Positions 17,168 to 26,407 of a stretch of DNA of 42,589 bases are shown piece after piece. Position 1 is the stretch's first letter, and every line of letters starts with the position of its first letter. Origin of the DNA: Candidatus Hydrogenedentota bacterium (GTDB lineage Bacteria > Hydrogenedentota > Hydrogenedentia > Hydrogenedentales > SLHB01); NCBI GenBank assembly GCA_045863335.1, contig BTVY01000053.1:1-42589 (forward strand), read 5' to 3'. The notes below the pieces were generated by a model. It searched no databases. It was not told the origin of the DNA and saw nothing but the letters and a program-made list of their open reading frames with translations. The translations under genes and the position numbers were made by a program.

Positions 17168-18922
17168 ATGGCTGACGATAAAGGCCGCAACCAGCATGGT
17201 GGCTCCGACGACCAGGATAACGAAACCGATGGATTCGGTACCGCGGATTCTGGCGATTCGGATTTTGAGTCCGGCGACAGCGGCTTGGGCAATCTTCCAC
17301 CGCTGAGCGATTTCGAATCGTCGGCCGGAGGCGGATTCGACAGCGGTTTGCCGCCATTGAGTTCAATCGACTCCGACGATAGCGGTCACTCCGCCGGGGG
17401 ACTCCCTCCCATCAGCGATATCCCCGTGGAGACACCACAGCCGACTGGCGGCGCAATTCGACCGCCTGCCCCCGAATACGGCAGCACTCCGGTTTTTGGT
17501 ACGCCGTCCTCGGACAGCGGGTTGGATACTCCGTCAGGAACGGGATTCCAAGACCTTTCGGCCGATAGCGATTTCACGCCGGAGACTCCCGAAGTCGCAC
17601 CTCCCGGCCCCGAGTCGGATATCGACACTCCCCTCTTTGACAGTGCGTTTGGCGGCTCCGGTGGTTTCAGCGCCGCAGCGGACACGTCCGCGCCGACCCA
17701 GGCGATGGAGACTCCCATGTTCGGTGCGGATCAGAACCAAGGATTTGACGCGGACGCCTTCGGCAGCGGCGGTGGCCGCGGTTTCGACCAGGGCACGCCG
17801 GTACCGGATTTCGGTCCGGATACGGCTGCGCCGACTGCAATGACGCCTCCTCCCGCACCCCAAGCTGCCGCGAAATCCGGCAAGGGCGGCGGCGGCAAGG
17901 GAATTCTGATTGGCATCGCCGCGCTGATCCTCGGTTTGATCGGCGGTATCTTTGCTGGACCCTATGTACCTGGAATGCCGAATCCGGCAGCAACGGAAGC
18001 AGAACAGTTACGGGGCGAGGTAACCCGGTTGCAGGCGCAGAACCGGGAATTGCAGGGACGGACCACCGAAGCGCCTCTCTCCGAAGAGACAATCAACGAA
18101 CTCCGGGCCCAAGAAGCAGAGCTGGAAGCCCAGATTGCTGAAAGCAGTGCGCAACTGGAGACTGCGCAGGCTGAGTACACTACGGTCTCGGCCGAACTGG
18201 ATAGCGCGAAGGCCGAATTGGAAGCGACCAACGCGGATTTCGTCCAAGCGCAGGATGATTTTGAACGGCTCGTTAATGAGACTGCGATTACCCGTGCGCG
18301 CAAGGACGGCTTGGAAGCCGAGGTCACCCGGCTGGAAGGGCTTACGGGGCAACTCGAAGATGCCAACACGCGCCGCATGATTACGAAAGAAACGCTGGAA
18401 AGCAATATCGAGCGTCTCGAGATTCTGGTCAGCGAAGCCAGCCCGCTGGCACCCGAGAAGTACTCGCGTGAATCGCGTATGGCTGCCGTGGCAAACCTGA
18501 AACAGCGCGCCCAGGGAATGAACTGGGTCGATTCGCAGTTGCTGGATGCCTACACGGCACTTTACGTCCAAGAGTTGGAAATTGCCCGGTCGCGGGAGTA
18601 CTTCTTCGCACGCCTTCCAGTCACGGATCGCTTTGGAACCACAACGATGAGTTGGGCTGAATGCGTGATGAACGGCAACTGGGGCGTTTATTACCGCACG
18701 TTGGACGGCGAGCATGTGGGCGTGTACCAGAGCACGTCAGCCTTGGGTTCGCCCGATTACCAGTTCCTCGACATTCGCGACGAAGCCGCACGCAGCAACG
18801 TGGAGGCCCAGATCTTCGCGTCGCGCACGGAAGGCTTCGAAGAGAAGCTTGAACTGTTGGCCAAGAAGCAACTCGTAGTCGATGACCGGACCCCGTTCCA
18901 GAAGAGCTTCGAGTCGCTGTAG
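17168..18922 (+). CDS. Hypothetical bitopic protein: acidic disordered N-terminus, one TM helix, coiled coil, C-terminal domain
   Basis: GGAGGT RBS; D/S/G/P-rich first ~240 aa with LPP(L/I)S repeats; ILIGIAALILGLIGGIFA TM; heptad E/A/L-rich stretch. Confidence 0.8.
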   Translation: MADDKGRNQHGGSDDQDNETDGFGTADSGDSDFESGDSGLGNLPPLSDFESSAGGGFDSGLPPLSSIDSDDSGHSAGGLPPISDIPVETPQPTGGAIRPPAPEYGSTPVFGTPSSDSGLDTPSGTGFQDLSADSDFTPETPEVAPPGPESDIDTPLFDSAFGGSGGFSAAADTSAPTQAMETPMFGADQNQGFDADAFGSGGGRGFDQGTPVPDFGPDTAAPTAMTPPPAPQAAAKSGKGGGGKGILIGIAALILGLIGGIFAGPYVPGMPNPAATEAEQLRGEVTRLQAQNRELQGRTTEAPLSEETINELRAQEAELEAQIAESSAQLETAQAEYTTVSAELDSAKAELEATNADFVQAQDDFERLVNETAITRARKDGLEAEVTRLEGLTGQLEDANTRRMITKETLESNIERLEILVSEASPLAPEKYSRESRMAAVANLKQRAQGMNWVDSQLLDAYTALYVQELEIARSREYFFARLPVTDRFGTTTMSWAECVMNGNWGVYYRTLDGEHVGVYQSTSALGSPDYQFLDIRDEAARSNVEAQIFASRTEGFEEKLELLAKKQLVVDDRTPFQKSFESL

Positions 18923-18941
18923 TCGAAATACTGATTCATCT

Positions 18942-18984
18942 CATGGCCGCGATACCCACAGGGCATCGCGGCCATGCTCTTTTT
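18942..18984 (+). terminator. Intrinsic terminator
   Basis: CATGGCCGCGAT...ATCGCGGCCATG stem followed by CTCTTTTT, just after stop 18922. Confidence 0.7.
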
Positions 18985-19184
18985 GTAGGTCGGGAATGGT
19001 TCCCGACCAGCCTACCGCAGTGAGCCATAGAGCGTGCACCAATGAGACGCAAAGTCCCGCGAATACGGACGCGTCCTCAAAAAACGCCGTATGTAGATCA
19101 TTTCCGCGGGTTTCGGATGGCACATAGATAAGGCGTAAATGCGAGTTCCCGGTCGATCCTGATCGGGAATCACTCCCGACCTAC
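18985..19184. repeat. GTAG-type REP doublet (REPIN-like), copy 1
   Basis: GTAGGTCGGGAATGGTTCCCGACC (18985-19008, +) and GTAGGTCGGGAGTGATTCCCGATC (19161-19184, -). Confidence 0.8.
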
Positions 19185-19185
19185 A

Positions 19186-20478
19186 TTAGACCATGTTGGA
19201 AACGACGTGGATGGCGTGGCGGGGATTGCGGATGGCGCGCTTGACCATCTCGGGCCAGGTGTAGTTGCGGAATGCCTGGCGCGCGCTGAGCTTGAGGAAG
19301 AGCTTCTTCTGAAGTTCCGGCGACATGCTCTTGTTGCAATTGAAGGTATCGGGATCGCCCGCGGTGAAGCGGTCCCACGTAATGCCGGCCTTGAGAATCT
19401 CGTCCTTGAACTCGTCAAACAAGGCCGTGCCGGGGTACGGCGTCAGGTAGTGGATCGATGCGAAATCGATCTTTGCCTCCCGGATGAACTTCCGTGTCTG
19501 TTCGACGTCGTCGACGGTCTCGCCGGGTGTGCCGATAATGAAACAGCCGCGAACGCGAAGTCCGGCTTCATGTATCCTGCGCGCGGCTTCCATGTTCGCC
19601 TCGACGGAAGAATGCTTGACCATACGGTCCAGCATGCGCTGACTGCCGCTCTCAAATCCGATCGTCACCTGCACGCAACCCGCGCGCTTCATCAACTCGA
19701 GCACGTCCGGACGGATGCGGCGCGCGTGAATCTGGCACTCCCATTTCAGATGATGGAGATCGGCTTGTATCATCGCTTCGCAGATGGCACGGAAGCGGTC
19801 AATATCCGTCGCCATCAACTCGTCGAAGAAGGCAATGCTCTCGATGTGGTGACGATCCACAAGGTAACGAATCTCCTCCACGACGCGCTCGGGTCCGTGG
19901 AAGCGCAGCTTCGTCTCGCGCTTGGAATTGATGCAGTAATTGCAAACAAACGGACAGCCCCGGCTCGTGATGATTCCCAGGGTACGGTACGAGAAACCTG
20001 CAATCTCTTCCCCGGCGGCGGCGTACTGATCCAGGTCGAGTTGATCGCGTCGCGGTTCCGGAATGTCATCCAGCACCGGCGGCACAGCGGGCTCGATGAT
20101 GCCCTCCAGTTTGCCCGACGTAATGGCCTGCGGGAAGGTCCATTCCGCCTCGCCACGAATCACGCAGTCACTGTGTTCGAGGGCCTCTTCCGGCATGGCC
20201 GTCGGATGTGCGCCGCCCATGACCACCGTAAGCCCGCGCTCCTTGCGGATGCGGTCGGCGAGTTCATAGGCGCGCAAGGCGTACATGGTCATAAAGGAAA
20301 TGCCGACAATGTCCGGACGGAACTCGTCGAGTCCTGCCTCGACATCCTGACCTGCGATTTCATCGATAATCTTCGTCTGATGTCCGTCGGCTTGCAGGGT
20401 GGCAGATAAATAGGCGAGCCCGAGGTTTTCCTTTTTCAAGGACCGTGGGACGCTCGGGTTGATGAGTGCGATCCGCAT
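19186..20478 (-). CDS. B12-binding radical SAM protein
   Basis: MRIALINPS, LGLAYL, GGAHPT, VIRGEAE, SRGCPFVCNYC, GFESG; ATGA overlap with the upstream gene fixes the start at 20478. Confidence 0.9.
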   Translation of the reverse strand: MRIALINPSVPRSLKKENLGLAYLSATLQADGHQTKIIDEIAGQDVEAGLDEFRPDIVGISFMTMYALRAYELADRIRKERGLTVVMGGAHPTAMPEEALEHSDCVIRGEAEWTFPQAITSGKLEGIIEPAVPPVLDDIPEPRRDQLDLDQYAAAGEEIAGFSYRTLGIITSRGCPFVCNYCINSKRETKLRFHGPERVVEEIRYLVDRHHIESIAFFDELMATDIDRFRAICEAMIQADLHHLKWECQIHARRIRPDVLELMKRAGCVQVTIGFESGSQRMLDRMVKHSSVEANMEAARRIHEAGLRVRGCFIIGTPGETVDDVEQTRKFIREAKIDFASIHYLTPYPGTALFDEFKDEILKAGITWDRFTAGDPDTFNCNKSMSPELQKKLFLKLSARQAFRNYTWPEMVKRAIRNPRHAIHVVSNMV

Positions 20479-21884
20479 CAGTGGGCTCCCACGACTTTGA
20501 AGAAGCGCTGTGCGCTGTACTTCCCGAGGCGAAGCATCCCTCCCACGCCTTCGCGGCGAAACGCATTGCCGAAGTGGTGCATCAGGGTCCTCGGCCGCCG
20601 CGTGAGCATGTGCCACTGCCACCGGCTCCACGCCAGTTCGTACATGGCCGCGATCTCGTCGGCCGAATAATTTGGATACGAGACCACCGCCTCGCCGGCG
20701 GGATCGAACTGCATCCAGCTATCTTTCGTAAGCCAACCGTTCTCTTTCGCCCGCGCGTAGAAGTTCGTGCCCGGGTACGGCGTGGCGATGGCGAACTGGA
20801 GCGTGCGCGTGTTCAGCCCGATAGCGAATTCGATGGTGCGTAACGCGCTCTCACGCGTCTCACCGGGTAGGCCCACAAGGAAGTTCGCGTGAGTTTGGAT
20901 GCCATGCGCGCGACAGTCGTTGACCGTGCGCACCACGTCCTCCGGCTTCTGGTCCTTGGGGATCTGGCGCAGGACTTCCGGGTCGCCGCTTTCCACTCCG
21001 AACTTGATGGCCCGGCACCCGGCCTGCGCCATGGCCGCTACCACGTCGGATTCGATAACCGCATTGCCCATGCAACTGAAAGGAATCCCGAAGTTCCGGC
21101 TGCGGATTTCGTCGCACAACGCGAGGATGTGCTTCCGGTTAATCGTGATGGTGTCGTCGTCGAAGTAGAACTCGTCGGGATGATAGCGATCGATGAGCTC
21201 TTGGATCTCGTCGCACACAGCCTTGGGTTCGCGACGGCGGTAGTTTCGCTTACCCGCGAACGGCGCAATCGTGCAGAACCCGCATTCCAGCGGACAGCCC
21301 CGCGAGGTCAGGATCGTGACCGAACGGCCCAGACAGAAAGGATCGTTGTACTTCTCCATGGCCATCAGCTCCCACGCGGGACGCGGGATAGCATCGAGGT
21401 CACGAACCAGCGGCACAAACTCGGTCGCGGGCGAATCCTGCGTGACCAACCAGGGACGCGGTTCGAGAGAAATGGCTTCGCCGATGACTTGATCGTACTC
21501 GCCGTGAATGACCGCTGTGAATCCAGCCTCGATATGTTCCACCGGCGTGGCGGTGGCATGGGCGCCGCCCGCAATGGTGGGGCGATTCAGCGCCTCAAGG
21601 GTAGCCAGATCGTCCGACCAACTGGGAGCGCTGGTTTCCATGAAGACCACCTCCGGGCCAAAGGAATCGGCGCACTCGCAAAGTTCGTCGAGCGTGATCC
21701 CCTGCGCGATGCAGTCGAGCACTTTGACCTCATGGCCGTCGGTTAACAAGCGAGACGCCGCGTACCCCAACTGAAACGGGAAGGGATGATAATCGATCCC
21801 GACGGCTTTCGGTTTGCGCTTGTGCGGCCACCGCGAACCCGCGCGGCAAAACGGCCCCGGAGGATTTAGCAGCAGCACTTTCAT
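20478..21884 (-). CDS. B12-binding radical SAM protein (HpnJ-like N-terminus)
   Basis: LLNPP..RAGSRWP, GGAHAT, SRGCPLECGFC, FDDD, FGVESG, TPYPGT. Confidence 0.9.
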   Translation of the reverse strand: MKVLLLNPPGPFCRAGSRWPHKRKPKAVGIDYHPFPFQLGYAASRLLTDGHEVKVLDCIAQGITLDELCECADSFGPEVVFMETSAPSWSDDLATLEALNRPTIAGGAHATATPVEHIEAGFTAVIHGEYDQVIGEAISLEPRPWLVTQDSPATEFVPLVRDLDAIPRPAWELMAMEKYNDPFCLGRSVTILTSRGCPLECGFCTIAPFAGKRNYRRREPKAVCDEIQELIDRYHPDEFYFDDDTITINRKHILALCDEIRSRNFGIPFSCMGNAVIESDVVAAMAQAGCRAIKFGVESGDPEVLRQIPKDQKPEDVVRTVNDCRAHGIQTHANFLVGLPGETRESALRTIEFAIGLNTRTLQFAIATPYPGTNFYARAKENGWLTKDSWMQFDPAGEAVVSYPNYSADEIAAMYELAWSRWQWHMLTRRPRTLMHHFGNAFRREGVGGMLRLGKYSAQRFFKVVGAH

Positions 21885-21925
21885 AGGCACGTCCCGGCAA
21901 AGACCACATCGGTGAAGAAGGAACG

Positions 21926-22094
21926 AAAGAACATCCCCCTAGATCCCCCTTCAAAGGGGGAACGGAGTGCAACGCTTCGCATTGCACATACATCAACCAA
22001 GGCTTGCGATGAGTAGTAACGGACGGCCCTGTCGGCGTTGCACAGAAGTGAGCGCAATTCCCCCTTTGAAGGGGGATTAGGGGGGATGTTCTTT
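21926..22094. repeat. Inverted pair of CCCCCTTCAAAGGGGG REP-like elements
   Basis: 37-bp arms at 21926-21962 and 22058-22094 match at 34/37 as inverted repeats; each holds a C5-TTCAAA-G5 hairpin. Confidence 0.8.
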
Positions 22095-22154
22095 AGTGCT
22101 CGTGGTGCGAACACCTCAACATCCGCGCGCCAAGGCCACGGTTGCCGTAGCGTT

Positions 22155-23327
22155 CTAAATGAATTCGAACTGCGCATCGTTGTGCACCATGGCTTCGTTC
22201 ATAATCTGGTTGTACCTGACGAACCGGCAATCGAGGTTATTGCACTCGTGCGGTTGAATGCCGTCAATGGCTTCCCAATGCTCCTCGCTGTACCAGAGAT
22301 CGTGGAGCGGCGTCTCGAAGCAGTTGCCGATGGAATGCCGATCCTTGCGGTGCCGGTAATAACAGCAGAGATACACCTCGCCCATCGGATCGACGGTCAA
22401 CTGCAAGGGCGTCAGCCAACAGTGGGTCGTCATGTTGATCTTCTCGGTCCCGCCGACGATCGCCATTCCGGGGTAAACCGGGCGCAAACGCGCGAGCGTC
22501 TGGTTGACCTCCTCGCTCTGTTCCTCCGTCAACTCCGAGGCGACGAGCCGCGCCGCTTTAAACTGGATCGAATCGACCTTCAATTCAAGCGCCAACTGCA
22601 CGCATTGCTCGATTTCGTGGACGTTGTTTTGGTCCAGCACGACCTTGATGCTGATCTTGACCTTCGTCTTGCGCTCGTTGCGCAGGGCGATCATGGCTGC
22701 AATATTCTCGCAAACCGCTTCGAACCGCGCCTCGGGAGTCTTGGGGCGTTTCACCGCGTTGGCCGTCTCCGGCGTAGCGCCGTCGAACCCGACGCGCACG
22801 TAGCTTGCGCAGTCGACGAGCGCCGATGCGAGTTCGCCCTTGAGCTTCGTACCGTTCGTCAGCAGGCCGATACTCTGCCCTTTGGCGTGCATATCGCGAA
22901 CCAGTTCTGCGAGATTGGGATGCAGCGTGGGCTCTCCCCCGCCGCAAAATTCGACCCCGCGCACGCCGAGGTTGCGTAGATCTTCGATTAACCCGAAAAG
23001 CCGCTCGCGCGACATGACGCGGTCGAGATTCTTGTTCGTGTTCTCGGCGTTGTACTCGCACCAGAGGCAATCCTGATTACAGACGTAGGTGGGATACACG
23101 ATCGCCGTGCGCGGCGCGGGCATCTTTCGCTCCAGGATTGACTTGGCCTCAGGCCAATGGGTCAAAATGCGGCTCTGTAACGTGTCGAATACTTCCAACT
23201 GGCTCCCGGCCTTGGCGACATCCTCCCGGACGCCGGTATCGCGGCCGTTGCCGCGATGCTGCGACGATCCGACCCCGCCGCCGGGCAATTCCACCGCGCT
23301 CTTGCCGTTGCCGCTGTTTCTGTTCAT
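22155..23327 (-). CDS. Radical SAM protein with SPASM/twitch domain
   Basis: CNQDCLWC, GGGEPTLH, TNGT; C-terminal CW...GEVYLCC..IGN...C..CRF. Confidence 0.88.
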   Translation of the reverse strand: MNRNSGNGKSAVELPGGGVGSSQHRGNGRDTGVREDVAKAGSQLEVFDTLQSRILTHWPEAKSILERKMPAPRTAIVYPTYVCNQDCLWCEYNAENTNKNLDRVMSRERLFGLIEDLRNLGVRGVEFCGGGEPTLHPNLAELVRDMHAKGQSIGLLTNGTKLKGELASALVDCASYVRVGFDGATPETANAVKRPKTPEARFEAVCENIAAMIALRNERKTKVKISIKVVLDQNNVHEIEQCVQLALELKVDSIQFKAARLVASELTEEQSEEVNQTLARLRPVYPGMAIVGGTEKINMTTHCWLTPLQLTVDPMGEVYLCCYYRHRKDRHSIGNCFETPLHDLWYSEEHWEAIDGIQPHECNNLDCRFVRYNQIMNEAMVHNDAQFEFI

Positions 23328-23953
23328 GCGTACCCCTCAGTCGTCTGGACGCGAAATCCGTGCTGCGCCGGCGGTGATACCATGCCGGCAATCGGGGTCA
23401 ACGCGCCTCGCTGCGAATAGTCCGGGCCGTGCTCCGCATCGAGCGCCGACAAGCGCATCCACATGGCCGGATTGAAATTCTTCTGCTGCGGCTTGCTGTA
23501 ATTCTTGATGACAAACTTGATGATACGAATCTTCGAATCCCGCGTCAGGCGCACGCGCCCCTGATCGGTCACATACAACTCGATGAACTTCTCGTCCTGC
23601 TTGCGAACGCGAAACCGTTTCCGAATCTGCGCGAGTCCGCCCTGCGAAGTCGCGGAGAGCGTATGCGTTCCGGTAGGCAACGTGATTTGAAACTGGCCGT
23701 CGTCGCTGTTGCGGCCCATCGTGAACGAGCGATTGATCACCGGTTTGTCGTCGATGCTGATCTGCATGTCGACCGGCGCTTTCGCGCGGGCGTCTTCGTC
23801 GACGAATACCTTGAGAAATACGGTGCCGCGATCGGCCGCGCTCTTTCCCGATGCGGAAATGAGCGGCAGCCGCGCGTCGTCATTCGAGGTCGTTTCGCAA
23901 CCCGTGAACGTAAGCGCGAGCGCTATCATCGCAATTAGGAAGAAAACACGCAC
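23324..23953 (-). CDS. Hypothetical lipoprotein (beta-sandwich-like)
   Basis: GTG start with GGAGG RBS, lipobox FTGC; paralogous to the upstream gene (QFQITLPTGTHTLSAT). Confidence 0.65.
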   Translation of the reverse strand: MRVFFLIAMIALALTFTGCETTSNDDARLPLISASGKSAADRGTVFLKVFVDEDARAKAPVDMQISIDDKPVINRSFTMGRNSDDGQFQITLPTGTHTLSATSQGGLAQIRKRFRVRKQDEKFIELYVTDQGRVRLTRDSKIRIIKFVIKNYSKPQQKNFNPAMWMRLSALDAEHGPDYSQRGALTPIAGMVSPPAQHGFRVQTTEGYA

Positions 23954-23954
23954 G

Positions 23955-24392
23955 TTATTGAATCCCTCCACCCGGCGCGGCGTAGATGGGCTCGTCAGAC
24001 ACCTTCATCTCCCATCCGCCCGGTCCTGCCTCTGACTTGGGCTTAAAGTAGAGCGCGCAGAAGGTGCGTTCCTTCATTTCAAAGGACTGTTCGATGGTCG
24101 AGTTCCCTTTGCGCGTCGTGGCCTTGATCGTGTGCGTGCCTGGCGTCAGGGTGAACCGGAACTGGTCGCTGTAATGCCCCTTGGAACTGCTGAAGTTCCG
24201 GTCTACCGCAACCCGGCTGTCGATCCACACCTTAAGATCCATGGGCACCACCGCGTACTGATAGCTGTCCATGTACACGCGCAAATGGAAGTTGCCGTTG
24301 GGATCGTCAAACGTTGCGGCCTCTTTCATCGTGCCGCAGCCGGAAAGGACGACAAGTGCGAGAGCGAAACCAGCAATTCGTGATGTACGCAT
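23955..24392 (-). CDS. Hypothetical lipoprotein (beta-sandwich-like)
   Basis: Lipobox LSGC; QFRFTLTPGTHTIKAT matches its neighbour. Confidence 0.7.
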   Translation of the reverse strand: MRTSRIAGFALALVVLSGCGTMKEAATFDDPNGNFHLRVYMDSYQYAVVPMDLKVWIDSRVAVDRNFSSSKGHYSDQFRFTLTPGTHTIKATTRKGNSTIEQSFEMKERTFCALYFKPKSEAGPGGWEMKVSDEPIYAAPGGGIQ

Positions 24393-24402
24393 GACGTTGA
24401 TC

Positions 24403-25863
24403 CTAGTTGTTACCGACAAATCCCGTGAATGCCTTTTCCTTGCTCGAGAAGTAGCTCACGAAGCTTTTCAACCCGTGTACCTTCGCGCGAAGGTCCGGGA
24501 TGTTCTGAATGTTCCGGAGCATGCGCCACATTTGCGACGGGCGCAGGTAGAATCCGCGTAGCCCTTCGTCGATGAAGCCGTTGATTTGATCCACCGACAA
24601 GCCCGGCAACTCCTGGGTGGAGCGCTGCTCGAAGTTCTCGTCGACCCAATCGCGCCAGGTCGGTTGTTTGAGAAATCCGTTGTCCTTCGCCCACTGGTAA
24701 TACGTAGTGCCGGGATACGCCACGACCGCAGTAAATTGCGCCGTGTCGATGGGGAGTTTCTTGGAGAGGTCCAGGGTTTTTCGCGCGGTCTCGGGCGTCT
24801 CCCCTGGTCCGCCGAACATGAAACACCCATGCACGCGAATCCCCGCCTTGTGGGCATTCTCCGCGAAGCGGTGCATCTGGGCCACGGTGGCGCCCTTCTT
24901 CACCGCGTTCAGCACATTCTGATCGCCGAACTCGAAGCCCACGCACAGCCAGCGGCAACCCGACCGCTTCATCAGCTTCAGCACTTCGATGTCGTTGACA
25001 TCGACGCGGGCATTGGCGCTCCAGGATATCCGCACGTCGCGACGGATGATCTCTTCACATAAGGCGACCAGGCGGTCCTGGGAACTGCGCATCGTCAGCG
25101 TATCGTCTTCAAACATGATCTCTTTCAGATCGGGAAAGAGCTTGCGATCGTATTCCATCTCGTCGACCACGTTTTCCACGCTGCGCGTGCGGTAGGTGTG
25201 GCCATTCATGACTTGTGGCAACTGACAGAAGGTGCACTTCGCGCGGCAACCCCGGCCGCTGATGAGCGTCAGGAAAGGAAACAGCTTGCCGAAGTCGTGG
25301 TAGTCATGAATGTCGATATGCTTCCACGCGGGGAAGGCGAGTTCGTCGAGATTCTCAATGTAGGGCCGTTCCGGATTGCAGGTGTACGCCTCGCCGTTCA
25401 TCCACGCGACGCCAAGGCAGTCCTTGATGGGAACGCCCGCGGCCAGGTCGCGAAGGGTATAGTCGTACTCGGCGATGGCCACGGCATCCACCGCGCCGTT
25501 TGCGCTGCGCAAGGTGTCTTCCGGTTCCGCTGTCACGTGGGGACCAATCATGACGTGCAGCCCACCGACGGCTTCTTTGCAGATCCGCGCGGATTCGATG
25601 TCGGCGTAGATCGACGGGGTTGTCGTCTGGTACACGACCATGTCGGGTTGGAAGGCTTTCAGGCGCGGCAACGCGTCCTCAGTGGGCATATTCTTGGCCT
25701 GGGCATCGAGAAACATGATCTCGTGCCCGGCCGCTTCGACGACGCCCGCGGCGATGCAGAAGTAATCGGGATGGCGCTGCACGCGGCCGCGCGAACGGGC
25801 AAACCAGCGCGCCGACTTCGTGAAGTCTTTCCCAAACATGGGATTCAGGAACGCTACGCGCAT
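24403..25863 (-). CDS. B12-binding radical SAM protein (HpnJ-like)
   Basis: FLNP..SARW, TTTPSI, GPHVT, GRGCRAKCTFC, FEDD, VGFEFG, YPGT. Confidence 0.9.
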   Translation of the reverse strand: MRVAFLNPMFGKDFTKSARWFARSRGRVQRHPDYFCIAAGVVEAAGHEIMFLDAQAKNMPTEDALPRLKAFQPDMVVYQTTTPSIYADIESARICKEAVGGLHVMIGPHVTAEPEDTLRSANGAVDAVAIAEYDYTLRDLAAGVPIKDCLGVAWMNGEAYTCNPERPYIENLDELAFPAWKHIDIHDYHDFGKLFPFLTLISGRGCRAKCTFCQLPQVMNGHTYRTRSVENVVDEMEYDRKLFPDLKEIMFEDDTLTMRSSQDRLVALCEEIIRRDVRISWSANARVDVNDIEVLKLMKRSGCRWLCVGFEFGDQNVLNAVKKGATVAQMHRFAENAHKAGIRVHGCFMFGGPGETPETARKTLDLSKKLPIDTAQFTAVVAYPGTTYYQWAKDNGFLKQPTWRDWVDENFEQRSTQELPGLSVDQINGFIDEGLRGFYLRPSQMWRMLRNIQNIPDLRAKVHGLKSFVSYFSSKEKAFTGFVGNN

Positions 25864-25888
25864 GAGCACTTCCGTCGCGCAAATCGCA

Positions 25889-26407
25889 TCAATGGTCCCT
25901 CCACAAGTTTCCCAGGTAGGCCGCCCGCCGCGGAAATCCTTGCTCGATTGCGGGAATCAATTCGTCGCGTATGTCCGGATAGAAGGTTAGGTCGCGGATC
26001 TCCGATACGGGCACGAAGCGCACTTCCTCCAACCGGTGGTCGGTCCCGCATTGCATCGCTCCCGACACGATCTCGGCGGTGAAACACAGATTGACGACGT
26101 GGCGCGTGCCATCGGGATTGATGCTGTCGTTCACGATGACCAAGTCACCGACCCGGACCTCCAGGTTCGTCTCTTCGAGGAGTTCGCGTACCAGCCCCTC
26201 CGCCAGCGATTCGCCATAATCCAGTCCGCCTCCGGGTAACAGCCAATAGGACTTCCCATCCTTCACGTGCCGCACCAGCAGAATTGAATCATCCTGAACG
26301 ATAATCGCGGCCACCCGAATCCTGGGCCGGAGGACGTTCGCAGGCGTTCCCGCGTCCAACGCCGCGGCCGTGCCGCATACCGGTTCAGGCCGGGTGGGCA
26401 TAGACAT
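25889..26407 (-). CDS. NUDIX hydrolase
   Basis: Nudix box GGGLDYGESLAEGLVRELLEETNL; start uncertain (26407 or 26401), overlapping the hflX end. Confidence 0.85.
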   Translation of the reverse strand: MSMPTRPEPVCGTAAALDAGTPANVLRPRIRVAAIIVQDDSILLVRHVKDGKSYWLLPGGGLDYGESLAEGLVRELLEETNLEVRVGDLVIVNDSINPDGTRHVVNLCFTAEIVSGAMQCGTDHRLEEVRFVPVSEIRDLTFYPDIRDELIPAIEQGFPRRAAYLGNLWRDH

